Origin: an uncultured Cohaesibacter sp.
GTDB lineage: Bacteria; Pseudomonadota; Alphaproteobacteria; Rhizobiales; Cohaesibacteraceae
Length of the DNA stretch: 64,000 nucleotides
Direction: 5' to 3'
NCBI RefSeq assembly: GCF_963662805.2
Contig: NZ_CAXXOW010000012.1
Coordinates: forward strand, 112,154 to 176,153
Positions within the stretch are counted from its first letter, which is position 1; every line of letters begins with the position of its first letter. Under the pieces are notes generated by a model. It was given only the letters and a program-made list of their open reading frames with translations. It searched no databases and was not told the origin of the DNA. Shown here one piece after another: positions 49,840-60,681 of the stretch. The position numbers were made by a program, and so were the translations under genes.

Positions 49840-51135
49840 TCAGACAATGACCTCCATGGCCTCTTGTGCGCCCACGCCGAAGACGCGCTTGTAACGTTCG
49901 ATTTCGTCTTTTGGCCCCATGGCCTTGTTCGGATTGTCCGACAGTTTGACGGTCGGTCTGCCATTGGCCGAAACGGCCTTGCAGACGAGTGAGAAGGGAG
50001 CAAGTCCGTCGTCCGGGACAAGGCCTCTGAAGTCGTTGGTCAGAAGGGTGCCCCAGCCAAACGAGATCCTGACCCGTCCGTTGAAGCGGGCATAAAGTGA
50101 CGCGATCTCGTCGACATCAAGCCCGTCCGAGAAAATGATCAGCTTTTCTTTCGGGTCCTCTCCCCGGTCAAGCCACCATTTGATGGCGATCTCGGCCGCT
50201 TCTGCCGGTTGCCCACTGTCGATACGGATGCCGGTCCAGTTGGTCAGCCAGCCCGGCGCCCGCTCGAGAAAGCCCTTGGTGCCATAGGTGTCCGGCAGGA
50301 TGACCTGAAGATTGCCGTCATGCTCGCGCTGCCAGTCTTCCAGCACCCGGTAAGGGGCATAGGCGAGCTCTTCGTCGCTCTCGGCAAGAGCCGAATAGAC
50401 CATCGGCAGCTCATGGGCATTGGTGCCGATGGCCTCCATCTCGCGGCGCATGGCGATGAGGCAGTTGGATGTGCCGGTGAAATTGGCCCCGAGCCCCTCC
50501 TGCATCGCCTGAACGCACCAGTCCTGCCAGAGGAAGGAATGGCGGCGGCGGGTGCCAAAATCCGCAACCCTTACCTCGCCGATGGATCGCAAACGCTCAA
50601 CCTTCTCCCACAGCCGGGTCATGGCTCGGGCGTAAAGGATCTGCAATTCAAACCGCGCCATCTTGTGCAGGCAGGCGCGGGAGCGCAGTTCCATCAGCAC
50701 TGACAATGCCGGGATCTCCCAGAGCATCACCTCGGGCCATGCGCCCTCGAAGCTCAGCTCATATTGATCACCCACTCGCTCGAGATGATAGGGGGGCAGG
50801 GTCAGATTTTCGAACCATTCCATGAAATCGGAATGGAACATCGACCGTTTGCCATAGAACATGTTGCCGCGCAGCCACGTGCTTTCGCCCCGTGACAGCT
50901 TGAGGGTGCGGATATAGTCGAGCTGGGCCCTCAGTTCCCCCTCATCGATCAGCTTGGCAAGCGGAATATGTTTGGAACGATTGATCAGGCTGAATTCGAC
51001 GCGCACGTCCGGCTTGTTGTGAAAGACCGATTGCGCCATCAGGAGCTTGTAGAAATCGGTGTCGATCAGCGAACGGACGATGGGATCGATCTTCCAACGG
51101 TGGCTGTAGACGCGAGACGCGAGATCCGTGGTCAT
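49840..51135 (-). CDS. pncB: Nicotinate phosphoribosyltransferase
   Basis: LIDTDFYKLLM, ADFGTRRRHS, GTNAHE, IRIDSG, VKLSDNP. Confidence 0.96.
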   Translation of the reverse strand: MTTDLASRVYSHRWKIDPIVRSLIDTDFYKLLMAQSVFHNKPDVRVEFSLINRSKHIPLAKLIDEGELRAQLDYIRTLKLSRGESTWLRGNMFYGKRSMFHSDFMEWFENLTLPPYHLERVGDQYELSFEGAWPEVMLWEIPALSVLMELRSRACLHKMARFELQILYARAMTRLWEKVERLRSIGEVRVADFGTRRRHSFLWQDWCVQAMQEGLGANFTGTSNCLIAMRREMEAIGTNAHELPMVYSALAESDEELAYAPYRVLEDWQREHDGNLQVILPDTYGTKGFLERAPGWLTNWTGIRIDSGQPAEAAEIAIKWWLDRGEDPKEKLIIFSDGLDVDEIASLYARFNGRVRISFGWGTLLTNDFRGLVPDDGLAPFSLVCKAVSANGRPTVKLSDNPNKAMGPKDEIERYKRVFGVGAQEAMEVIV

Positions 51136-51238
51136 GATGAGGCCTTGTCTTCAATGTCAAATCGGCAACAGGCTGGCGCAGCCGTTTGCCTGATGCAAGG
51201 GGTTTTTGGGGCGAAGTTGGGGAGCGGTTGGAGGCCGG

Positions 51239-51850
51239 TCAGTCGATCAGCGTGACACCATGGCTCGTCATGTCTTCAAGCGCAGCCTGAAGCGAGCCGT
51301 CAAGATCAATGGCGCGGCAGGCACCAAGGTCAACGCTGACAGCAAAGCCAAGCTTGGCCGCATCCACGGCTGAGAAACGCACACAGAAGTCCGTGGCAAG
51401 CCCTGCCATGACGAGCGAGGTGATGCCCTTCTCCCTCAGATAGCCTTCGAGCCCCGTCGGTGTCCGGTGGTCATTTTCAAAAAAGGCCGAATAGCTGTCG
51501 ATTGCCGGATTGCTGCCTTTGCGCAGAATGACGTTGGCGCGACGGGTCAGCAGGGACGGATGGAAGTCGGCGCCCGGATCGCCCTGAACGCAATGATCGG
51601 GCCAGAGAACCTGAGGCCCATAGGGCATGTCGATCATGTCATAGGGTGCTTTGCCATCATGGCTGGAGGCAAAGGAGAGATGGACTTGGGGATGCCAGTC
51701 CTGAGTGAGCACGATGTGCGAGAAGTCATCCTGCATGGCATTGATGCGCTCCACGACCTCATCTCCACCGGGCACTGCAAGGTGCCCGCCCGGGCAGAAA
51801 TCAGTCTGCACGTCAATGATGATGAGGGCCTGATGAGGCGAATTGGACAT
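51239..51850 (-). CDS. pncA: Nicotinamidase/pyrazinamidase
   Basis: IDVQTDF, DWHP, WPDHCVQG, DSYSAFFEND, GLATDFCV. Confidence 0.96.
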   Translation of the reverse strand: MSNSPHQALIIIDVQTDFCPGGHLAVPGGDEVVERINAMQDDFSHIVLTQDWHPQVHLSFASSHDGKAPYDMIDMPYGPQVLWPDHCVQGDPGADFHPSLLTRRANVILRKGSNPAIDSYSAFFENDHRTPTGLEGYLREKGITSLVMAGLATDFCVRFSAVDAAKLGFAVSVDLGACRAIDLDGSLQAALEDMTSHGVTLID

Positions 51851-52009
51851 CGGCTTGTCCCTCCGGGACCGTCTTTTCGGGAAATGAGCTTGGGAGACCT
51901 GTCAGCTTCACATGGCTCGTTGAATGATTTGAGGCCACAGGTTAGTCCCAAGAGCGTCATTTGCAAATGCCTGATCCGCATAACTTCATCTCAGACCGAG
52001 ACATCCAAC

Positions 52010-52037
52010 AAAAAAGGCCGGGTCTGAAACCCGGCCT
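52010..52037 (-). terminator. Terminator downstream of the cytochrome c gene
   Basis: AGGCCGGGT-5 nt-ACCCGGCCT with an A-run on the left. Confidence 0.75.
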
Positions 52038-52093
52038 CGTGATTCTTTTTATCTGCGCGACTGTGTCGCAGGTCTGCAGTCGCAGGTCTGCAC

Positions 52094-52615
52094 TTACTGC
52101 GTCAGGGACTGCAGATAAGCGACAAGATCGGCGCGGTCGCCATCTTTTTTCAGACCGGCAAAGGCCATCTTGGTGCCGTCGACTAGATCCTTCGGTTTGG
52201 TCAGGAATGCGTTCAGGGTTTCCGCGTCCCAGGTCTTGCCTTCGCCGAAAGCAACCATGGCGTCGGAATAGCTGAAGTCGGAAATAGTCGCGATCCCGCG
52301 CCCAAAGACATCGTGCAGATGCGGGCCGGTCTTGTTGGCACCGCCAGCGTCAAACGTATGACAAGCCGCACATTTCTTTGCAACTTTCTCGCCTTTTTCT
52401 GGATCGGCAGAAGCCAGAAGAGTGGCGAAATCGACTTCCTCGACAGCTTCCTTCGGTGCAGCGCTGTCGCCAGCTTCCGCCACTTCGATCACGTAGCCCG
52501 GCGTTGCAGGAGCTTCTTCGTGGAAGATGTAGCCGGTCACCATGCCGGTCACCATGACGAAAATCAGGGCCATCAAAAGCGCGCCAAAGGCTTTGTTGAG
52601 TTCAAAAAAATTCAT
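52094..52615 (-). CDS. cycM: Membrane-anchored class I cytochrome c (CycM/cy-like)
   Basis: N-terminal TM, CAACH, GPHL, GTKMAFAG. Confidence 0.88.
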   Translation of the reverse strand: MNFFELNKAFGALLMALIFVMVTGMVTGYIFHEEAPATPGYVIEVAEAGDSAAPKEAVEEVDFATLLASADPEKGEKVAKKCAACHTFDAGGANKTGPHLHDVFGRGIATISDFSYSDAMVAFGEGKTWDAETLNAFLTKPKDLVDGTKMAFAGLKKDGDRADLVAYLQSLTQ

Positions 52616-52807
52616 TGGTCCTAGCTCCGGGGTCATTTTTGCAACGCGAGCGATAAGGCATCAGCATTGCAAATTGCGTGGTGCGTTCTTTACTTGATGC
52701 GGAAACTACTAGCTTTTCCGGATAAATGTCCATAGGAATAGCGGCTAAGATACTCCGACTTGGGGTGTAGAAAGACCCCTTTTCAACAATATTGGGGAGA
52801 AATCCGC

Positions 52808-53564
52808 ATGTCTATTGGTACCACCGACATCAATCCGATTGTTCTGATCCCGGCATGCATGACCTCGAACCGCCTTCCAAACAAGCCCATGATGGATATT
52901 GGCGGAGCTCCGATGATCGTGCAGGTCTGGCGGCGTGCAATGGAAGCGGGCATCGGCCCGGTTCTGGTTGCGGCGGACAGTCACGAGATCGCGCAAGTCA
53001 TCCGGGATGCCGGAGGTGATGCGGTAGTCACCAATCCTGTTCATCCGTCCGGATCCGACCGGATTTGTGAGGCACTGGAGCATTTCGACCCCAATCACCG
53101 CTACAATATCGTTGTAGACGTCCAGGGTGACCTGCCCACGATCGACCCTGCCATTATCCGCAGCGTGCTCGATCCGCTTCAGGATCCGGCTGTCGATATT
53201 TCGACCCTTGCGGTGGAAATCACCGAAGAGTCTCAGAAAGACAATCCCAACGTCGTCAAGGTGGTCGGTGTCAAGATCGGCCCCAAACGCCTCAAGGCGC
53301 TGTATTTTACCCCGCGCCAAGGCACCGCACGGCGAAGGCACCCTCTATCATCACATCGGCCTTTACGGCTATCGCCGCAAGGTGCTCGAAACCTTCAGCG
53401 ACCTGCCGGTTTCCCCGCTCGAAGACCGGGAGCATCTCGAACAGTTGCGGGCGCTCGAAGCCGGCATGAGGATCGATGTGGCCGTGGTCGAGGACATCCC
53501 GCTGGGTGTGGATACCATGGCTGATGTCGACAAGGCGCGCGAAATCATATCAAGCCGCACTTGA
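52808..53564 (+). pseudogene. kdsB: 3-deoxy-manno-octulosonate cytidylyltransferase, frameshifted as written
   Basis: [35 protein letters not shown]; one extra C in run 53310-53313; removing it gives 251 aa. Confidence 0.9.
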
Positions 53565-53665
53565 CACGACCGATCAAGCGTCGCTCTATCCGTTTTTTAC
53601 AGAACTCAAGACCCGCGGGCGCTCTTGCCCGTGATGCCGCATACATAGTCCATCAAGGAGCCGTC

Positions 53666-54554
53666 ATGATCGCCAAGAAAGTCGTCTTTCAGGGAGAACC
53701 GGGAGCCAACTCGCACATCGCGTGCAACAATGTTTTTCCCGAATGTGAAGCAGTTCCCATGGCGACGTTTGAAGACTGCTTTAAACGCGGTCCAGAACGA
53801 TCTGGCGGACCTTGCCATGATCCCGGTCGAAAACTCGGTCGCCGGTCGCGTCGCGGACATCCATCACCTGATGCCCACCTCGGACCTGCACATCATTGGC
53901 GAGTATTTTCTGCCCATCCATCATCAGCTGGTCGGTCTCAGGGGCTCGAAGCTGTCCGACGTGAAATCGGTGCAGAGCCATGTCATGGCGCTCGGACAAT
54001 GCCGCAAGATCATCCGCAAGCTCGGCATCAAGGCTGTGGTGGGTGCGGACACAGCCGGGTCGGCCCGCCAGATCGCGGAGCGTGGTGATCCGACCCAAGC
54101 AGCCATCGCCTCCGATCTGGCTGCCGATATCTATGATCTCGACATCCTTCAGAAGGATATCGAGGACGAGACGCACAACACCACCCGTTTCATCATCCTC
54201 TCGAAATATCCCATCAAGGCTGATCGGGGCGAGGGTCCGGTGATTACCACCTTCGTCTTCCGCGTCCGCAACGTGCCCGCCGCGCTCTACAAGGCTATGG
54301 GCGGCTTTGCCACCAACGGGGTCAACATGACCAAGCTGGAAAGCTACCAGACCGGCGGCAAATTCTTTGCTACCCAGTTTTATGCGGACGTCGAGGGGCA
54401 TCCGGATGACCCCAGTGTCCAGTTGGCGCTCGAGGAACTTCGCTTCTTCTCGGCCGAGTTCAAGATATTGGGCATTTATCCGGCCCATGACTATCGCCAG
54501 ACCAACAATGAACCCGAGGCCAACCGCGCCCTGCGGCCAAGCCCCCATCATTGA
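53666..54554 (+). pseudogene. pheA: Prephenate dehydratase, frameshifted as written (probably an assembly error)
   Basis: FQGEPGANS, IPVENS, NTTRF, TKLESY; one extra A in run 53783-53785; removing it gives 295 aa. Confidence 0.92.
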
Positions 54555-54650
54555 GGATCATGAGGGCTGGGCCGCAAGCGCTCTTCCCGAGCATTATGCC
54601 AAAACAAAGCCGGTCATTGACCGGCTTTTTCTGTTTCTGATGTCAAGTGA

Positions 54651-55100
54651 TCAGCACTGGTAGGCGTAGGTGAAGACCAGCCTATCCGAAGTCCAGCGCC
54701 CGGTCGGATTGCAGCGATTGTGCACTTCGCGATCCCCCTGAACGGTCACACGCAACTGGTTCGATGCCACAGGTCCCTCGACATGATAGGGCAGCGGGCT
54801 GCCCGGGCAGTATTTCGAGAAGACACGGGCCGTGCCCGTATACCAGTTGCCCTGTTTGCGACCGTTGAAAAGCAGGGTGCCGCGGCCCACCGAAAGGCCT
54901 GCACGAGGCTGCTCGTAATAGAACCAGCGCTCGTTGCCGCGCGCCTTGAGACGCATGAGGGAGCCATTGTGCCACCAGCAACTGTCTGCTGCAGCAGGCG
55001 TGACGAGGCTGGTGAGTGACAGGCCGGCAAATGCGCCGATCAGCGCGATGAGCAGACTCTTGCGGGTCATTCTTCTGAAGGTAAGAGCAAAGTCAGACAT
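54651..55100 (-). CDS. Hypothetical secreted beta-rich protein with four Cys
   Basis: 149 aa, signal peptide ending AAA-D, CWWHNGSLMRL...FTYAYQC; AGGGG RBS. Confidence 0.8.
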   Translation of the reverse strand: MSDFALTFRRMTRKSLLIALIGAFAGLSLTSLVTPAAADSCWWHNGSLMRLKARGNERWFYYEQPRAGLSVGRGTLLFNGRKQGNWYTGTARVFSKYCPGSPLPYHVEGPVASNQLRVTVQGDREVHNRCNPTGRWTSDRLVFTYAYQC

Positions 55101-55407
55101 GTTGGTCCCCTATCTGTCTGAGGATAAGAAACCAATCTAGCATGACCTCGTAATTTTACGAAGGGTGTAGCCGGACTTTGACGGACAGTTCCTTGCGGGT
55201 TTTGACAATACTTTGGTTGAAGCAAAGTAAACCAAAATCGAGCCTTTTGTTCAGTCGTAGACAGCAAGCAGGTCCCTGTATTGCTGACACTATGTTCTTT
55301 GCATTAAACAAATAGGAACCAATGACTCACGTTTTTTCAATCTTTATCTGCGACACTGTGAAGCTGAATTTTGGGATTATTGCATCGATATAGAGTCCGT
55401 CATTGGA

Positions 55408-58112
55408 ATGAACAATCAGGCATTGGGAAAAAGAAGCTTCTGGCAACAGGCTAAGTTCTTCATCTGGAACCCGGCAAATCTGCCCGCTGTTATAGCCATT
55501 ATTGTTGTTCTGGGGGCTGCCTATACGGCGGAACGGATCAACGCAGCCTCCGAGGCCCGGCAGGAACGGGCCGAGATGCAGAACCGTGCCACGATGATGG
55601 CCTTCAGATTGCAGGCACTGCTGTCGCCCAATATCGAACTGACCAGAGGGCTTGCCAGCACCATCGCGACCGAACCCAACATGCGGCAGGAGCGTTTTTC
55701 CGAACTTGCTCGAAGCCTGTTCCACGAAAAAAGCCTCTTGAGGAACATCGCCGGAGCACCGGAACTCGTTGTCACCATGATCTATCCACGACGGGGCAAC
55801 GAGCAGGTTATCGGGTTCGACTATCAAAAAAACATTGCGCAGCGGCAAATGGCCATTCAAGCCAGAGACGGTGGCATGCCGACACTGGCCGGTCCGGTCA
55901 AGCTGATTCAGGGCGGAGAAGGCTTCATTGCGCGCTTCCCGATCCACTATAACCATGAAATCCATGGGCTCCAGTTCTGGGGCCTGCTTTCGGCTGTGAT
56001 ATCGACAGATGTCATTTACAGCCAAAGCGGATTACTCGATCAGGACGATGTTTCGTTCGCTCTGGTGGGGCGAGACGGGCAGGGCGAGCAGGGATCGCTT
56101 TTCTTTGGCTCTAAAGAGATTTTGAATTCCGACCCTGTCGGTGCGCTGGTGGACTTCGGGTTTGCCCAATGGGAAGTCAAGGCGATCCCGAAGGGCGGCT
56201 GGACGACCGGCTATGAAGGCGAGTGGGGTATCCGCACCGCGGCCTTCCTCGCTTTCCTGCTCATTGTCGTTCCCTTCTTCTTTGTCGGTTGGCTCTATCG
56301 GGACCGGCTCTCCCATCTACGCGAAAGGATATTGCGCCAGCAGGCACTGAGCGAAGCAAATTCGCGTCTTGAGTTTGCGCTTGATGCGTCGGGCATTGCC
56401 GTCTGGGAATATGACATCGAGACGGGTACCACACAGTGGGATCCACGCATGCTCGAACTGTTTGGACTCGAGGAAGGTGACGCAGACGAGTTCGGGGCCA
56501 TGAAGTGGATGGAATCTGTGAGCCTCGAAGATCGCTCTTCTCTCATCGACGTCATCAGGAAGGCCGTTGAAACAGGTGATAAATATCAGCACCAGTTCCG
56601 TATCAAGGACAAGAATGGCAAGAACCGGACCTTCAGAACCGTTGGTTTCTTCTTCGATACACCTGAGGGCGGCAAGCGCCTGATCGGTTCTCAACTGGGA
56701 CATCAGTGATGATGTCGCCCGCGAGAACGAGCTGTTCGAGGCGCGCGCCGAAAGTGAGCGCCGCAATCAGGAGCTTGAAGTGGCCAAAGAGCGTCTTGAA
56801 GCTCTGGCCATGCATGACTTCCTGACCAGACTGCCCAATCGTCGCTTCCTCGATGAAAAGCTCAGTGGCAGCGAACACCATCCGTCGTGCCTCACCGACA
56901 CACTCCATCTGCTTAAAATTGATCTCGATGGCTTCAAGGAGATCAACGACAGCTTCGGCCATGCGGCTGGGGACATCATGTTGCTCAGAACCGCAGACAT
57001 GCTCAGATCCTCTCTGCTCGAAGGCGAGTTTGCTGCGCGCGTCGGTGGCGACGAATTTGTCGTGCTGTGCGACAGCGATCAGGACCCGTCCCGGCCGGAA
57101 AATCTGGCGAAAGATTTTATCGAGCGGATCCAGCAGCCAATCGAGTACAAGGGACAGACCTGCCGTCTGGGCATGAGCATCGGCATTTCGAACGGTCGTG
57201 ATGCCAACTGGGATGTCGACAAGCTGCTCAGCAACGCCGATCTTGCGCTCTATCAGGCCAAGCAAAAGGGCAAGGGCTGCATGGAGATGTTCTCAGAGCC
57301 GCTCTACCAGAAAGCCCGCAAGCGCAAGGAATTGGCGGATGACCTTCTTCGTGCGATCGACAACCGCGAATTCATCGCGCACTTCCAGGGGCAATATTGC
57401 GCAAACAGCCACAAGCTGATCGGTGCCGAAGCGCTCGCCCGCTGGAACCATCCCGAACGAGGCGTACTGCCGCCATCCGATTTCATCGACTTGGCCGAAG
57501 ATTCTGGGTGTGACCGGAGAGATTGACGAGATCATCCTCGAACACACCATCGAGGCAAAAAGCTACTGGGCTGAACGTGGGCTTGAATTGCCACGGGTGT
57601 CGGTAAATGTGTCAGCCAAACGTTTGGGCGACAAGGATCTGGTTACCCGCCTGAAGAAGCTCGACTTCGACTGGAGCAGCCTCACATTCGAGCTGGTTGA
57701 ATCAACCTTCCTTGATCGCAGCGATGCGCAAGTCGCAGCCAACATCAAGCAAATCCGGAGCATGGGTATCGAAGTGGAAATTGATGACTTCGGAACCGCC
57801 TATGCGTCCATTGTCAGCCTGACACACCTGTTGCCGCATCGTCTCAAGATCGATCGCCAGCTGATCACGCCGGTGATCGAGAGTGCAGACCAGCGTGAGC
57901 TTGTCCATTCCATCATCCAGATCGGCCGCACCTTTGGCATCGGTGCCGTTGCCGAAGGCGTGGAAAGCATGACCCATGCGGAGATCCTGCAGATGATGGG
58001 CGTCGAGGTGCTGCAAGGCTATGCCCTTTGCCCACCGCTCGATCGCGAAAGCTTTCTTGAACACAATCTGGCGCGGTTGCATGACCGGCAGGCCATGATT
58101 TCTGCCATTTAG
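55408..58112 (+). pseudogene. CHASE-PAS-GGDEF-EAL signalling protein, split into three ORFs by two +1 insertions
   Basis: Two TMs around a CHASE-like domain (GPVKLIQGG), PAS (GIAVWEYD), HDFLTRLPNRR, GGDEF, EAL, DDFGT; extra T at 56688-56689 and at 57502-57503; corrected length 900 aa. Confidence 0.88.
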
Positions 58113-58172
58113 TTCAATGCCTCGTCTGGCTCTTTCGGGCCTTATCAGACAGTCAGTATAGTGCACAAACAC

Positions 58173-58197
58173 AAAAGAGGCCCGTTAAGGGCCTCTT
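58173..58197 (-). terminator. Terminator between convergent genes
   Basis: AAGAGGCCC-gttaa-GGGCCTCTT with an A-run on the left. Confidence 0.75.
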
Positions 58198-58225
58198 GAT
58201 GTTCTGGGGGCGATGTTGGCGCCTG

Positions 58226-59151
58226 TCAGCCCATCAGCTGATAGCTGACAGGTACATAGCGGAAGCCATCGCCATTGGTTTCCACAAACCCGGCGGCCGG
58301 GAAAGGCATGTGATAACCGATCAGCGGAATGCGATCCGTCGCCAGCATGCCAAGAACCTTGCGGCGGGATTTGGCGGCCATTTCCTTGTCCATGTCGAAG
58401 CGGACTTCCCAGTCGGGATAGGCCAGCGACCAGACATAATGGTTGGCAAGGTCGGCCATCAGCAGAAGCTGCTTGTCATCGCTATCGAGCATGAAGGTCA
58501 TGTGGCCGGGTGTGTGGCCGGGAGCAGCCATTGCCGTGATGCCCGGTGCAAACGCTGTCGCCATCGGACAGGAAGGTCATTTTCTCCGCCAAAGGCTTCA
58601 CATTCTTTGCAAAGCCCTCATTGTCGGTTTTGGACCAGTGGTCATACTCGACTTGCCCGGTCAGGAAAGCCGCATTCTCGAACGTTGGCGCGCCTTCATT
58701 CATCAGGCCGCCGATGTGATCGCCATGCATGTGGGTGATCACCACATGGGTGACGTCGGCCGGTTTGGTGCCGGCTTCGGCAAGAGCGGCAGTGACGCCA
58801 GCAGCATTGAGGCCCGTGTCGAACAGGATCACATTGTCACCACTGCGCACCAGCGACGGCGTGAAATAGAAACTGGGCCACGTCCGTTCCGATGAAATTG
58901 GCTTCGCTGACCTTGGCAAATTCCTCATCGGAAGCGTTCAGGCCGAAAATGCCATGCGGATTGTCGCGTGGTGCGGAGCCAGCGAGCAGGGCCACCACCT
59001 CGAGAGAGCCGACCTTGTAGCCGCGGGCTTTTGCCATCGGCAGCTTCGGTTTCATCTCTTCACTTGCGATAGAAGACTTGGGTAGGGTCATGGCACCTGC
59101 CGTGCCGACGGCCGCGAGCATAGCTGTGCGGCGATTGATGGAAAACGTCAC
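58226..59151 (-). pseudogene. MBL-fold metallo-hydrolase with a Tat-like signal, split by two +1 insertions
   Basis: NRRTAML leader, LFDTG, THMHGDHIGG, GHTPGH, ADL; extra base in runs 58870-58872 and 58550-58552; corrected length 307 aa. Confidence 0.88.
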
Positions 59152-59531
59152 GTCTCTTCTCCCATGTAGCATCTGACGCCTCAGCTTCGATTGCTTCATA
59201 CGTCATGTGATCGCTTGACGGTTTGGCGGACTGGTGATGCGCCACGCCCGAAAATTGGGTAAAGCGCTTTCCAGCCTCGATACGATTGGAGTCCGAAGTG
59301 GCCAGCGCCGGATCGGGTCTCGTTTGCTATACGAAAAAACTAGTGTCGGATGTTCAGGATAGCAAAACAATTGCTTGTGAACCCGCTTGGGTGCAATTGC
59401 ATGGCGCATCAGACATCCACGAACTGCAAGAAACGAATAGAAAAATTTTTTTGCCGGGTTAACTCTAAGCCAAACAATTGGATCGTAAGCTGTCCATAAC
59501 AAGCAGACCAAGGGCAGCGGCGAGACTTTTC

Positions 59532-60681
59532 ATGACGGCAAGCAACACAGATCAGCCTGACCATAGGCCCCTGTTTCGTCTCTTCGCCCTCTGGCGCCTG
59601 ATCGCCGCCGTCGCGGTGATGTTCTACCATCTCGGGCTATATGGCCCCTCCTGAATTTCAGATGCTCTCCAGAGATCTCGAGCAGCTCAATGATATGCTC
59701 GACATGTTCTTTGTCGTCTCGGGCTTTCTGATCTTCAGTTTCTATAGCGACCGCATCCAGTCCTTCGGCGATTATCTGGCTTTTCTGGTTCGTCGGGTTG
59801 CCCGCCTTTATCCCTTGCATCTGTTGACACTTGCAGGGTTCTGCGCCGTGTGGCTGGCGGTTGGTCTTGGTCTCGTAAACGCCAAGATGACCGAAACCTA
59901 TTCCTTTGTTGATCTGCTTCAGGAACTGCTGATGATCAACGCCTGGGGGCTGACCGATACCCTCTCGTTCAACTATGTCTCCTGGTCCCTGTCGGCGGAA
60001 TGGTTTGCTTATCTCATGTTCCCGCTGGTGCTTGCTATTTGGCGCAGGGCCGGGACGGGCGGTCTGATCGGGCTCTTGATCATGACCGTGATTGCCCTCG
60101 AAGTGCTGACATGGATTGGCTTCATGCCGTTCCCATCTTGGCTGGAGGCGACCACATGGGGCGCCTATCGGGTCTTTGCGGATTTCGTGCTTGGCGCAAC
60201 CATTTGCGTGCTGGCCCATCGCCGCTACACCCAGATCCGTAGCCAGTGGTGGCCATGGGTTGGCTATGCCGTCGCCGTTTTCACTCTGATCTCGGATCCT
60301 GCGTGGGGCTATCTCGGCATGATCGCCATTGCGCTGGCGCTGTTTTTGGCCGCTCAGGTGGAGATCAACGCTCCCGAGAGGACGAAATATCTCAATCCTC
60401 TCATGCCTCTGGCTGCAGTCTCGTTCGGAATTTACATGTGGCACCCGCTGGTCGCCAGTGCCGTCATCGGCCTTGCCTGGAACCGTTGGCTGTTGCCCCA
60501 GTTCGGAACGCCCTTCATGGTCGCCGTGATGATCACGGTTGCCCTGTCATTGATCATCAGCCTGCTGTCAGCCCGCTATTTCGAGGCCCCGATCCGCAAG
60601 CGCATTGTGGACTGGCAAGAGCGCCGGGAAGGCAAGCGCAAGCGTAGCGACGTGGCGATGGCCTCGACCGCCGCCGAATGA
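59532..60681 (+). pseudogene. Acyltransferase_3 (OafA/YrhL-like) membrane O-acyltransferase, one +1 insertion
   Basis: WRLIAAVAVMFYH, MFFVVSGF, WSLSAEW, SFGIYMWH, YFEAPIR; extra C in run 59645-59648; corrected length 382 aa. Confidence 0.85.

Noticed and set aside
53310-59648. Programmed frameshifting or phase variation as the cause of the split genes
   Set aside because: Runs are only 2-4 nt, with no slippery heptamers, stimulatory structures or long SSR tracts
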